Shown here: piece by piece, positions 27,921-37,383 of the stretch
Layout of the letters: every line of letters begins with the position of its first letter
Position numbering within the stretch: the stretch's first letter is position 1
Virus record (IMG/VR): IMGVR_UViG_3300025270_000009
Span: 37,853-101,852 of that record
Source of the DNA: a virus
Taxonomy: Duplodnaviria > Caudoviricetes
Length of the DNA stretch: 64,000 nt
Reading direction: 5' to 3' (one strand)
The notes under the pieces: model-generated
What the model was told of the DNA's origin: nothing
The model's database searches: none
The model's input: the letters and a program-made list of their open reading frames with translations, nothing else
Position numbers and translations under genes: made by a program

Positions 27921-28741
27921 TGGGTATAAGAAAAGACAGTTGGTAAATTTTTTTTGGAAATTTTGCGAGCGCCTGGTTTCCGGCTGTTTGTGCGTGTCCT
28001 GACTGGCCTGGGATTTTTTGGGTATAAAAGTTTGAGGGTCGCGCCCAATTTTTTTGTGAGGGAGCGCGTTCAACTAAACTCGTGCCTACTCCAATCACTC
28101 ACTATCTGCCTACTCTCTCAATCTCCTCTCTATACACTCGTGCCTACTCACATCATTCTCAATCGCCTACTTTCTCATTCAACAATCAATACACTCCTAT
28201 TCTACCTACTCACGCTCTCTCCCTTCATTCTCCCAATGTACACGTTATGCCTAATCACTCTCTCTATACACGTAAGCTCTCTTCTCTCCATAAGCATGAG
28301 CTCTCCCTGTACCTGTGTGAACGTTTGTTCTTCTCCGTGTGTTTCTTTGTTTTGTTTTATCGTTAGCTCCTTTACTCCTTATGATTGTTTGTTCATCCCT
28401 CCTAATGTTCGTTGTCCGTGTGAAATGTTTTTACTTTTATCGTTAGTTCCTGTCGGTCAGAACCGTTCTCCGGCTGTTACCTTTGATTGTTTTGTATTAT
28501 TGATAGCCGAGAGTTTTTGAAATTGTTTGAGGCATTTGTGTTTTGTGTAGCCTGGGTGTTTGTTGGACTTGTTTTGTGAACGGGTTATTCCTGTGTTTTG
28601 TATAGTGAGCCGGGTGTTTGCTTGTGTTTGTGAAGGGAATGCTGTGCTGAGCTTATGAGACGCTTATTTGCTTGGTTTTGTTTTGTGTTGTGAGTCAGAA
28701 TGAGAAAAGCCGACTCTAGGCCGGCTCTGTTAGGCTCTCAA

Positions 28742-28948
28742 TCATTCAAAGTCTCCCTCGAAAATAGCTCTTTTGTTGACTCTGTCCGTGACAATGTCTA
28801 CTCCGCCTGTGCTATACGGGTCGGCCTTGCATTTTTTGAAATATGATACTGCCTTCTTCTTGTCGGTCGTTCGACCGGCGTAAGTGCCTTGACCTCTTCC
28901 ATCGGCGCTTGAGCCGTCATAGAGTAGGTACCAGGTTTCTTCAATCAT
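28742..28948 (-). CDS. hypothetical protein
   Basis: 68 aa, GAGGTG RBS. Confidence 0.65.
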   Translation of the reverse strand: MIEETWYLLYDGSSADGRGQGTYAGRTTDKKKAVSYFKKCKADPYSTGGVDIVTDRVNKRAIFEGDFE

Positions 28949-29153
28949 TGTGCACCTCTAAAGCTTTCACTCTTTGACGTAGAGAGTTCACCTCTTTTAG
29001 TGCTTCATCACGCTCTTTCTCAAGCTTTGCCCTAAGCTCTTTGCAAAAATGAACGTGGCTGGCGTACTTGATGTACTTGCCTTGTTTGTGAATCTCCATA
29101 GACTCACCGTCAAAGCCTCTGATATCTCTCGATGTACAGTTAAAACGTTTCAT
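28941..29153 (-). CDS. hypothetical protein
   Basis: 70 aa, coupled. Confidence 0.6.
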   Translation of the reverse strand: MKRFNCTSRDIRGFDGESMEIHKQGKYIKYASHVHFCKELRAKLEKERDEALKEVNSLRQRVKALEVHND

Positions 29154-29165
29154 TGCCTATTCAAC

Positions 29166-29774
29166 TCACTGTCTAAAAAAGTTCACCGGATGGATCTGGT
29201 AAACGCCGCCAAACTTTTTCATGAACTCAATGGCGTCATCTTCGCAGAGAAAAGTCTCCATGACGTTACCCATATAGGTAACTTCATAGTAATGTTTTTG
29301 GTTGCGTAACTGCTCTAACTTATCTGACAACTCTTGAGTCTGTTCGGTGGAGGCGATTGTCTCACCCTTCTTTGAGAAGTTGTCTTTGAAGTATTCAGCG
29401 GCAACTAGCCACTGGTCTTCATGGTTTTTTGGATTGCGAGCGATCATGTCTCCGATTTTAGGAGAGCCCTTCAACTTGTCTTCGCTCGATATGCTGATAT
29501 TGGCAGCAAGCGTCTCGCCAGGCACGTAAGGTCGCATTTCGGCCACGTTTGTTCGGGTGTATTGTTCAAACTTACTTTCGAGAAGAACCCCTGCGTCGAT
29601 TAACTTTTGATGCGCCATTCTCTCGGACTGATCAACTCGACCGGCCTCCAACTGTCTCAAAGCGTCTTCTGGCGATTCTGGCTCCGAATAGGCGCCGTCT
29701 TTTGAGCTCATTACGCTCTTGGCGAATTCAAACGCCTCTTCCAACGTTGTATCTTTCCCTTCCATATCTATCAC
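29166..29774 (-). CDS. hypothetical phage protein
   Basis: 202 aa; GDMIARNPKNHEDQWLV motif. Confidence 0.7.
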   Translation of the reverse strand: MIDMEGKDTTLEEAFEFAKSVMSSKDGAYSEPESPEDALRQLEAGRVDQSERMAHQKLIDAGVLLESKFEQYTRTNVAEMRPYVPGETLAANISISSEDKLKGSPKIGDMIARNPKNHEDQWLVAAEYFKDNFSKKGETIASTEQTQELSDKLEQLRNQKHYYEVTYMGNVMETFLCEDDAIEFMKKFGGVYQIHPVNFFRQ

Positions 29775-29821
29775 TCTCTTTGAATGTTCTGAAACGAGGT
29801 TACTTAGGTCAGAAATGCCCT

Positions 29822-30133
29822 CTACTCACCCATACTTTCTAGCGCTTTACAGACTGCCTCGTAAGGTTCACAGCCCAAACCTTGCTTATGATGGGTTCTA
29901 CAGGCGTACTTGGCTTTTATGAGTGCTTGCTTCGTCTCTTCCGCCTGAGTCTCCAGCTCTTCAATCCGGCGCTGTTGCTCTTCGATGTGTTTGTCCACCA
30001 CCGATATACCGCCTATGTAAACGCCGTTGTCGCCTTCATCAATGGCGTATATGTGATCAGCTGCATTAAACTTCTTCATCAACTTGCTCCTTTGGCACTG
30101 ATAACTCCAACGTTCTGAACTCGTAAATTTCAT
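29822..30133 (-). CDS. hypothetical protein
   Basis: ORF track; start uncertain. Confidence 0.55.
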   Translation of the reverse strand: MKFTSSERWSYQCQRSKLMKKFNAADHIYAIDEGDNGVYIGGISVVDKHIEEQQRRIEELETQAEETKQALIKAKYACRTHHKQGLGCEPYEAVCKALESMGE

Positions 30134-30404
30134 TCTCAGTAATCTGCTCCGGCTCGATTAAGGCAGTTACGAGCAATTCAATTGCCTGGTTGAATCCGGC
30201 TCTTAACTTCTCTAAGTCCGAGCTTCTTTTACTGTAGGCAGAACTGAGCTCCTGGTTTTTCTTCTTCTCGATGACAACCTGCCGCTCTAACTCTTCAATG
30301 TCATTGGCCGCTTGGAGTAGTTTATCGGCTGAGCTTGTGCAACCACAATCTTCTTCAGTGGCGTGTTTTCTCAACTCTTCTGGTGTAATTCTGCTCATAC
30401 TCAC
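30066..30404 (-). CDS. hypothetical coiled-coil protein
   Basis: 112 aa. Confidence 0.6.
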   Translation of the reverse strand: MSMSRITPEELRKHATEEDCGCTSSADKLLQAANDIEELERQVVIEKKKNQELSSAYSKRSSDLEKLRAGFNQAIELLVTALIEPEQITENEIYEFRTLELSVPKEQVDEEV

Positions 30405-30607
30405 TCCATCGGTCTCAAAATGGTTGTTTGAAAGTGCGTGGTCTCCCGATCATTCTCGAAAGACCGCACTACCGCCTTCTTATCGCTTGGAATGTCTATT
30501 ACTTCTCCGAGAAAGAAGCGCTTAGCCTTAGAACCGGCGTGTATGGTATTAATGGTGTAGACGGTATCGCCTACACTCAAAGGGTTGCCGTGAATGTCAT
30601 TCATCAC
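30401..30607 (-). CDS. small SH3/KOW-like protein
   Basis: DIHGNPLSVGDTV motif. Confidence 0.6.
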   Translation of the reverse strand: MMNDIHGNPLSVGDTVYTINTIHAGSKAKRFFLGEVIDIPSDKKAVVRSFENDRETTHFQTTILRPME

Positions 30608-31076
30608 TGTTCACCAATTTTCTTATTTCTTCTTTAAGGTGTTCAACTTCAATCACGTCAAATGGGCCAGAGGCGCTTGCCTGGCCAATTGTTCTTGAGT
30701 GATTTTCAATAACGCTCTTGGCAAACTCCCGAACTGCCTCTTTCTTCACCTTTTCCAGAGAGAGCTCAGGTATAGAGCCGAGCACCTCATCCATTTCACC
30801 CTCAAAGTCGGCATTAAAATCGACACTTTGGTGATACTTAAAACAATCATCTATGTTTTTCAGATGAGCTTTGAGGCTGACTACCTCAAGCCTAGCCTCT
30901 TCAAGATGCTCCACCGGACGTTTGCCGTCTAAACGCCCGACCACAGTGTAGAATGAGCCGTAATTTGAACCGTAGTGTTGCTCCAGGTAATTCGGTGCAC
31001 CACTTTCAAGAAACGCCTCGAATAACAAGGCGGCTGCACTGTTGCGCTCTTCATCAGTGATCACTTCTTTAGCCAT
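30597..31076 (-). CDS. hypothetical protein
   Basis: Likely start MAKEV at 31076. Confidence 0.65.
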   Translation of the reverse strand: MAKEVITDEERNSAAALLFEAFLESGAPNYLEQHYGSNYGSFYTVVGRLDGKRPVEHLEEARLEVVSLKAHLKNIDDCFKYHQSVDFNADFEGEMDEVLGSIPELSLEKVKKEAVREFAKSVIENHSRTIGQASASGPFDVIEVEHLKEEIRKLVNSDE

Positions 31077-31755
31077 TGAGCGCCCCCTGACTTGAGCCGG
31101 ATACCTGTTTGTCCAGATTTGCGCTGCGACCTGCATTGACGCCCTTCATATAGGCACCGCTTTCTTGCATCGAAGGTTGACGATGACTGCGACTGAACGT
31201 TTTTAGCTTACCAAAGTGCTGCTCAATCATCTTTTGCTTCATTGGAATGAGCTCGGTACCTGTTTCGGTAACCATATCCTTCTCACGCTCACGCTTTATC
31301 TCCATAATGCGAGTGTTTATCTCGGTAGCGAAGCCTAAGCGGAAGAAGTTTCGCTCAGAAGCGCCTACTGCATCGGAAAGATTAACCTGACGCTCACACT
31401 CCTGAACTAAGTAGTCCATCGTGAGCTTGGCCACCACTGCATCTGATGTGAAACCCTGAAAGCGATACTCAACTTCAGGCCGGCTTGTAACCACTGATGT
31501 GCAATCGTTCAGCTGACCAACCGCTGATGCCAGGTAAAGCATCCATGTTTTGCGCTGTCTGGTCACTGAGTCAGCTTTCGTTTCAAGAAACTGGCTAAGC
31601 TCAGACTCCTGAATGTCTTCTTTAGAGAGTTGGTGTTTATCCATCAACTTGCGAGCCTTACGTGCGGCAATCATTGCCTCGTTCGGGCTGCTTGTGTCTT
31701 CCGCCATAGCCAGGAGCTTGCGGATTTTATCAATAACTTTGTCGTTATCACTCAT
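31069..31755 (-). CDS. DUF2786-domain protein
   Basis: KIRKLLAMA...NEA..AARKARKLMDKH. Confidence 0.8.
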   Translation of the reverse strand: MSDNDKVIDKIRKLLAMAEDTSSPNEAMIAARKARKLMDKHQLSKEDIQESELSQFLETKADSVTRQRKTWMLYLASAVGQLNDCTSVVTSRPEVEYRFQGFTSDAVVAKLTMDYLVQECERQVNLSDAVGASERNFFRLGFATEINTRIMEIKREREKDMVTETGTELIPMKQKMIEQHFGKLKTFSRSHRQPSMQESGAYMKGVNAGRSANLDKQVSGSSQGALNG

Positions 31756-31761
31756 AACTAT

Positions 31762-31840
31762 TACCTTGCTTTTTGCTGAATGTATTTCAATTATGACATA
31801 CGAAAATAGGCGCTCAAGAGCGCCCTTAATTTAATTGCCT
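31762..31840 (-). promoter_or_regulatory. cassette boundary unit
   Basis: Leader, operator 31782-31801, hairpin over -35, ttaattgcc. Confidence 0.85.
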
Positions 31841-32157
31841 TCGACAACATGAGTAACAGGCTTGCCAAGCATACTGATGGTTTTCAGTATCTCACCTGGT
31901 GTTGCGTACTGAAGCTGCTCAGACCGCCCCTCTCTAACGTATCGATAAACAGACATCGTCCGCCAATCCGGATGCTTTCTGTCACTGCAAAGCTTCCATT
32001 TGGCACTATTGTTTTCACGCCTGAACACATCTAGCCAAGCCGAGTTGTGACCGTTTATGTTGTAACAGGTTGAAGCTCTTATTTTCACCTGAGAGCCGTC
32101 TTCTCGGGTTATTAAAGCTTCAACCTCGCTTACCAACTTTTCTTGATCTTCACTCAT
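31831..32157 (-). CDS. hypothetical protein
   Basis: 108 aa. Confidence 0.65.
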   Translation of the reverse strand: MSEDQEKLVSEVEALITREDGSQVKIRASTCYNINGHNSAWLDVFRRENNSAKWKLCSDRKHPDWRTMSVYRYVREGRSEQLQYATPGEILKTISMLGKPVTHVVEGN

Positions 32158-32462
32158 GCCGTGTAATACCCCAACTTTTTATCGAAACGCCTAAGAAAAT
32201 CGGGTACCACCTCCAACGTGCCGGAATTCATTTTTTCAATGACCGAGTCAGACATACCCATCAGACAGTCGAGCACTTCTTCATCGCCAAAGGCTTCAAA
32301 GTTTTGATTGATTTTGGGCAAAATAGTCAGCGTCTCGTTGATATTGCAGCGAATCCAAATGCCTTTCATTATCTCACCAACAAAGGCGTGACAGCCTTCT
32401 TCATTGTCATAAGGCCCCATACAAACCTCCAAACTCTTCTTCGATTCCATGATAGTCAGCAA
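32154..32462 (-). CDS. hypothetical protein
   Basis: About 100 aa. Confidence 0.55.
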   Translation of the reverse strand: MLTIMESKKSLEVCMGPYDNEEGCHAFVGEIMKGIWIRCNINETLTILPKINQNFEAFGDEEVLDCLMGMSDSVIEKMNSGTLEVVPDFLRRFDKKLGYYTA

Positions 32463-32772
32463 ATTCCCATGAAGCTAAAGCGTTACCCTTAATCTCTTCG
32501 ACTTTCGGGTGGGCGCGTGACGCCTTTAGAAGTTCAATCATTGGCTCGGTCATAGGTAAGCGGCAACTTTTCTGAATTGAAAAGAAAAGACCCGTACACG
32601 GCTCGGGATTAACCACCTCGCCGGAGTGATCGTGCTCGCTTCTCATGTGACATGGGATAACCGTTTCTGCATTAATCGCGTGGCGGTATATACCTGGGTC
32701 GTTTCCACCAAAATAACCACTAGCAGATCCCTTTTGATAAGGGCATTCTTTGCATGGACTTTTGCAACTCAT
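32407..32772 (-). CDS. Cys-rich putative Zn-binding protein
   Basis: PCKECPY..PCH..PCTG. Confidence 0.65.
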   Translation of the reverse strand: MSCKSPCKECPYQKGSASGYFGGNDPGIYRHAINAETVIPCHMRSEHDHSGEVVNPEPCTGLFFSIQKSCRLPMTEPMIELLKASRAHPKVEEIKGNALASWEFADYHGIEEEFGGLYGAL

Positions 32773-33029
32773 AAATCCAACTCTCCCTCTAAAATAAGCT
32801 CGATTTTTTCAATCTCTTTCTGATCTGGTAAGTGATCGCACTCCATAACTGCGATACTCATAATCGGTGTATGGTAATGTTCGTGAAAACTCCAACCCTT
32901 CGGGTACTCAAGAGAGCTAAGGCGCTCAAAATCTGGATTATCAGCGCTTTCGAACTCTTTCTCTGGCTCCTCGGCTTCGTATGAGAACGGAACCCGAATG
33001 TAGCCACAAAATTCGGCATTTATGGACAT
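32769..33029 (-). CDS. hypothetical protein
   Basis: 86 aa. Confidence 0.6.
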   Translation of the reverse strand: MSINAEFCGYIRVPFSYEAEEPEKEFESADNPDFERLSSLEYPKGWSFHEHYHTPIMSIAVMECDHLPDQKEIEKIELILEGELDL

Positions 33030-33370
33030 AACTGCTCCTTCAGACTTGCCTCTATCTTTTCAAAACTAATCTCGCTAGGAGAACCGTAATAGCCTATGGA
33101 AAGTGACAGTCCGGCGTGTCCAAACAGTATGTCAACGTTCTCCAAAACATACCCTTCAGGCATACGGAGATCTCTTAGGTCGAGGTCGTGAGTCACCGAA
33201 ACTGCATCAAACAAAACCTCCACCTTGAGAGTCACGCTACCTCTATTCACTACTATCGACATCGTGTCACCCCAAAATCTCTCAGGTTTATGGCCACGTC
33301 TTCTCGCAAGTCGCAGCCTTTTAGAAAGGCTTTCAGCCACAGCGAACGACCCTCCGGATCGAATCGCCAT
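33020..33370 (-). CDS. hypothetical protein
   Basis: 116 aa. Confidence 0.55.
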   Translation of the reverse strand: MAIRSGGSFAVAESLSKRLRLARRRGHKPERFWGDTMSIVVNRGSVTLKVEVLFDAVSVTHDLDLRDLRMPEGYVLENVDILFGHAGLSLSIGYYGSPSEISFEKIEASLKEQLCP

Positions 33371-33409
33371 AACCAGCGAAACGCCTGATACCGGCTCATC
33401 GCTGTCACT

Positions 33410-33607
33410 TTAAGCATTGGAACCTCTGTCAGTGATAACGCACGAATCCAACTTGAAGCGCTCCTGCCAAACCGCCCCGCACTCCATGCACGAACACTCT
33501 TGGTGAGCTGCTATTTGAGAGACCTCAACGAATCCACCATCCACGCTTTCTTTGCCGCATACAGGGCAAACATCGGCATCGTTTCTTGCCACTTCTTGTT
33601 CTTTCAT
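33410..33607 (-). CDS. zinc-ribbon protein
   Basis: CPVCG..CMECG; leader and operator 33633-33652 upstream. Confidence 0.7.
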   Translation of the reverse strand: MKEQEVARNDADVCPVCGKESVDGGFVEVSQIAAHQECSCMECGAVWQERFKLDSCVITDRGSNA

Positions 33608-33695
33608 TTTAAACCTCGCTTGCTTGCTGAATGTATCTCAATTCTGACATATCGAGATAGGCACACAAGAGCTAATAAGCAATTAATTGCCTACA

Positions 33696-34214
33696 TTAAC
33701 CCTTGTGATTTTTCACTATTTTTAGTATCTCTTTCGCCTCAGATACCTGTTTGTCGAGCCGGTTGCGCTCTTCTCTCACTGAGTATAGTAATTCTCTGAG
33801 GTCGAGAGCGTTGTGCATGGCGTCGTGGTAGCTCGTGATGCTGTCAGCTCGGTATTGGAAAGAGAAGTTCTTGTAATTGTTCTGAGAGAAGGCCAGGCGC
33901 AACGCTATGCGCTTTTTCTTGACCGTTATATTGGTGGTGTCGGTGTTAACGATAATGCCGTAGGACTCTGGCAACTCGTAACCTAAAGACTCGATCAATT
34001 TGCCAAGCTCATTAATGCTGAGCTGATTGCTTGCTCTTTTCACCAACGAACTTTCTTTTTTGCCGCCCTCTAAAGGCTCCAGAAACTTCCATGATGAGCG
34101 ATGCGCTTGATTAAAGAGCGAATGCTCATCTACTAAGACCACGCCAGTGCAAACAACAACTGTCTCTCCGGTTGGTATGTGAATAAGCTTCTGCTCCAGT
34201 CGTCTGCCTCCCAT
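33696..34214 (-). CDS. hypothetical protein
   Basis: Start reassigned to MGGRR (34214), after leader at 34232. Confidence 0.65.
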   Translation of the reverse strand: MGGRRLEQKLIHIPTGETVVVCTGVVLVDEHSLFNQAHRSSWKFLEPLEGGKKESSLVKRASNQLSINELGKLIESLGYELPESYGIIVNTDTTNITVKKKRIALRLAFSQNNYKNFSFQYRADSITSYHDAMHNALDLRELLYSVREERNRLDKQVSEAKEILKIVKNHKG

Positions 34215-34304
34215 CCTTAGCCTCGCTATTTGCTGAATGATAATAAAAAAGCTTGAGTGCTTATTCTGACATTGCGAATAAGGCACTCAAGCTTTCGGGT
34301 TTAA

Positions 34305-34715
34305 TTAATTACCTTCAATCAAAAAGTCTTCGAGTTTATTTTGACCACTTTCGATGCTCTGCTTGATAACATCTGGAATACGACCCTGACCAGTCCAAGT
34401 CTGCCGGTCTCCATTAGAGTCTTTGTATTCGTATTTAGGCGGCAATTTCTGGCTCTGCTTTCTAACGCTTTTAGCTTCAACCAAGTCATCAACGGTAAGC
34501 CCTGCTGATTTCAATTGTTGATTGAATTCTTCTATCTTTTTAAGCTTTTCACGTTGGGCTTCGAGCTTCTGCTCATTCTCCACATGAATATCTGAGAAAC
34601 ATTCATTCACTTTGCTTTGCAATTGATCAAGGGCTTGTTCGTCCAATTGTCTCAAGTATTTCTTAAAACGATGCTTGTTGGAAATGATGCTTTCGAATTC
34701 TTCAAATTCCGACAT
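34305..34715 (-). CDS. hns: H-NS family nucleoid-associated protein
   Basis: Coiled-coil N-terminus; PKYEY..TWTGQGRIP DNA-binding motif; LEDFLI end. Confidence 0.9.
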   Translation of the reverse strand: MSEFEEFESIISNKHRFKKYLRQLDEQALDQLQSKVNECFSDIHVENEQKLEAQREKLKKIEEFNQQLKSAGLTVDDLVEAKSVRKQSQKLPPKYEYKDSNGDRQTWTGQGRIPDVIKQSIESGQNKLEDFLIEGN

Positions 34716-34766
34716 AAATGTTACCTATTTGTTGCTAGCTGAATAATCTAGGCCGTAGCCTATTTT

Positions 34767-35444
34767 TCAAAATACCACATCAAAAAGTTTCGGTCTCCCC
34801 CTGCTCTCAATATCCTTTTCAAAATAATATCGCTCAGAAGAAGGGGAATTTTGACAGGCTTTATACCACTCAACAGCATCCTCAAATTTTGCCATTATCA
34901 ATGAGGCTGAACTGTTCTTTATGCTCACTTCCTGGCCAGTATTTTCATACATCCAGTCCACAGCCATAGCCGGTGTCACTTGAGATATGTGATAAGTCTG
35001 GTAATCAAAGGAGCCTGAATACTCTTCAGATATTTCATTCATTGTATCTGCGAAGGCATTCAACACAATTTGGCAAGAATCTAATGCGGGATGGCCAGGT
35101 GTCGTTCTATCCATGAACTGATACATTCTTTCAATTACCTTTCGGCTAATCTCATGAAACAGATCACCATAAATGTGCTGACCCAAAGCACGAGCTATTC
35201 TTTGCTCAACAGTGGGACCTTCATCACTGTAATCATCCTCAATGAACTGAACAATAAAACGGATCTCTGCTTTTCTAACAATGTCCATTCTAATTGTTTG
35301 TTCACCAACATTTCTCGCATCCCTTGTTAGAAAAGCGGCAGTCTCACCTTCCGGCGCTCTTCTTTTCATACGTCTTTCATTGCAAACCTTTGCGTTTTGG
35401 GCGAGATTCATTAAAACGTTTGCAATACCGCTAGACTCTTTCAT
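34767..35444 (-). CDS. hypothetical protein
   Basis: 225 aa. Confidence 0.65.
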   Translation of the reverse strand: MKESSGIANVLMNLAQNAKVCNERRMKRRAPEGETAAFLTRDARNVGEQTIRMDIVRKAEIRFIVQFIEDDYSDEGPTVEQRIARALGQHIYGDLFHEISRKVIERMYQFMDRTTPGHPALDSCQIVLNAFADTMNEISEEYSGSFDYQTYHISQVTPAMAVDWMYENTGQEVSIKNSSASLIMAKFEDAVEWYKACQNSPSSERYYFEKDIESRGRPKLFDVVF

Positions 35445-35779
35445 TTTAAACGAAACCTTTTTGCTTTAATTACTTTGCCATTAGCCATAACTGAGAAAAC
35501 GATAGCACCCTCACTCTCGAAAACGTCAATATCCAATACTTCTTCGAGCAATTCAGCGAGCCCCTGCTTTTTCTCTTCTCGCTCACGCTCCTCAGCCAAC
35601 TCTTCTTCTCTGACTTCTTTTTGGCGCTGACGAATTCTAAACGCCTCTTCTCGATAAGCTTCTTCGTATGCTTCTTGAAGGTGAGACTGTTTGTATTTCA
35701 CCTCCGGATCAACTTCAGGGCACCCGTCAAGGCGCCCCTGTCTTCTTGCGTGTGAAGGGCTAGTCGGCATTGTCATCAC
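35441..35779 (-). CDS. hypothetical protein
   Basis: 112 aa. Confidence 0.6.
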   Translation of the reverse strand: MMTMPTSPSHARRQGRLDGCPEVDPEVKYKQSHLQEAYEEAYREEAFRIRQRQKEVREEELAEEREREEKKQGLAELLEEVLDIDVFESEGAIVFSVMANGKVIKAKRFRLK

Positions 35780-36581
35780 CGACAGATTCTTTCGAACTTT
35801 TTAGCGCCTGTTCGTAGACAGCTAAACCGACATTGGCATACAAGTCGCCATGCGCAGCCGCCTCTTTCATCACTTCAGGGTCAAACTTTTCAACATTGCG
35901 ATCAGACCCAACCACAAGCCAATGACTTTGAACGGTATTTGGTGAAATGAAGTGTGAAAACCTAGCGTTCTTTATCTTTTCAAGGTCAATGAGAAGATCA
36001 GCCGGCTCCAAGCTATCTGTTGGCCTTTCTTCCTTTCCTCTGTCGAGCTCATTAACGAAAATGAGTGGCATATAGTGCTGCATACTATTCAGGTCGTCTC
36101 GATTCATAATCTCAACCGCGTCCTCTGTTTGATCAACAGCAGCTTTCATGGCCAACTCAACTCTACTAACTTCTCTTTCCTGGCACCGCTTAAACAATTT
36201 ATCGAATGGTGTGTAGAAGAATAAGCAGCTGCGATGACCATAGAATTCGACATCCGGCCTGGCCTGAACGTAATGAACGTTGTAGAAGCTTAGGTTTTCA
36301 GATACCAGGTGACCAAAGTCGTCACAGGCAAAGTGGTGAACATCATCGATGTCCAAAATGACGAAAGTGCCATGCTTAGACTTAACGACAAAAAAGACAT
36401 TGCTGTCAGGGTTGTCATCAAAAAAGCTGTTCATTACACCAACCGCATCATTTTCGTTGGTTACATAAAACAACGGATTGGTATTTGGGTCTTCGATAAT
36501 CTCTGTGCACTCATGGTTAGTGTAATCCAGAATGCTCTTCTCCAAGTTAACGACTGCAAGTATTACTCGTGACATAATCAT
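35760..36581 (-). CDS. hypothetical protein
   Basis: Start after leader; operator 36603-36622. Confidence 0.7.
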   Translation of the reverse strand: MIMSRVILAVVNLEKSILDYTNHECTEIIEDPNTNPLFYVTNENDAVGVMNSFFDDNPDSNVFFVVKSKHGTFVILDIDDVHHFACDDFGHLVSENLSFYNVHYVQARPDVEFYGHRSCLFFYTPFDKLFKRCQEREVSRVELAMKAAVDQTEDAVEIMNRDDLNSMQHYMPLIFVNELDRGKEERPTDSLEPADLLIDLEKIKNARFSHFISPNTVQSHWLVVGSDRNVEKFDPEVMKEAAAHGDLYANVGLAVYEQALKSSKESVGDDNAD

Positions 36582-36666
36582 TTCCTGCTTTTTTTGCTGA
36601 ATGTATTTCAATTTTTACATACCGTAGAAGGCATACAAGCGGCGCCTCAATAAAGACGCCACTGAC

Positions 36667-36999
36667 TTAAAAGGCGTAAACGTCTTCGCTGTCCAGTTCG
36701 TAAGACTGAATGTCAGGCATTCGATCTCGAACAACTGCACCCCAGTCAACGTGGCAAAATATGTAGCCAGGAATCTCCACACCTTGCTCGTCGAGTTCCT
36801 CTTGAACCTTTTTCTTAAGAGCTTCATCGCCAACAACAAAGTACTCTTCGTGATAGCACTCGATCTCTTCCCAAAACCGCTTCACCTCTTCGTACTCATC
36901 ATCTTCTTCATCAAGCCAGTCTAAGAGAAGCTCCACATCCTTCTTGTTAAAAGAGCCGCCACTGGTCAAGTCACTGATACACTGAAAATCACCAAACAT
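36667..36999 (-). CDS. acidic protein, possible ArdA-like DNA mimic
   Basis: Very D/E-rich; IPGYIFCHVDWGAVVRD resembles ArdA C-terminal motif. Confidence 0.45.
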   Translation of the reverse strand: MFGDFQCISDLTSGGSFNKKDVELLLDWLDEEDDEYEEVKRFWEEIECYHEEYFVVGDEALKKKVQEELDEQGVEIPGYIFCHVDWGAVVRDRMPDIQSYELDSEDVYAF

Positions 37000-37002
37000 A
37001 AC

Positions 37003-37383
37003 TCACCCCACTGCGTAGAATTGATAACCGAAACACTCATAGCCTGAACTCGACTTCAAACCTGGCTCTTTCCTGAGCCGGTACTCATAAAAGTTAATGA
37101 GGTCGATAAGCTCCGCATCATCCTCATCCTCTTCATCAAGCCCGAGCCGGTTTAGCAGCTCATATTTGAAATGCTCTTCAATGGCCTCGACCGTAATGAA
37201 GCGCTCTCTACCGTCACTTTCAACCTTAGCCGTGATAGCTTCAGCTTCTTTGTACTCTTTATGGTCAACGCCAACGTCACCGGCTAACCAATGAAGTGCT
37301 TCTTTCATCTGAGACAGCGTAAACTTTGGCTGAGTCAGAACTTCGTCAAACGACATCGGTGGATTTGCTTCATCAAACGTCAT
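37003..37383 (-). CDS. acidic hypothetical protein
   Basis: Start MTFDE with GGAGG RBS. Confidence 0.6.
   Translation of the reverse strand: MTFDEANPPMSFDEVLTQPKFTLSQMKEALHWLAGDVGVDHKEYKEAEAITAKVESDGRERFITVEAIEEHFKYELLNRLGLDEEDEDDAELIDLINFYEYRLRKEPGLKSSSGYECFGYQFYAVG

Noticed and set aside
27954-28520. 188-aa plus-strand ORF (and 28082..28366)
   Set aside because: Product of low-complexity C/T-rich sequence; no RBS and implausible composition.
20240-28740. tRNA genes in the non-coding zone
   Set aside because: No cloverleaf with T-loop GTTCRA and acceptor stem was recognised by eye.
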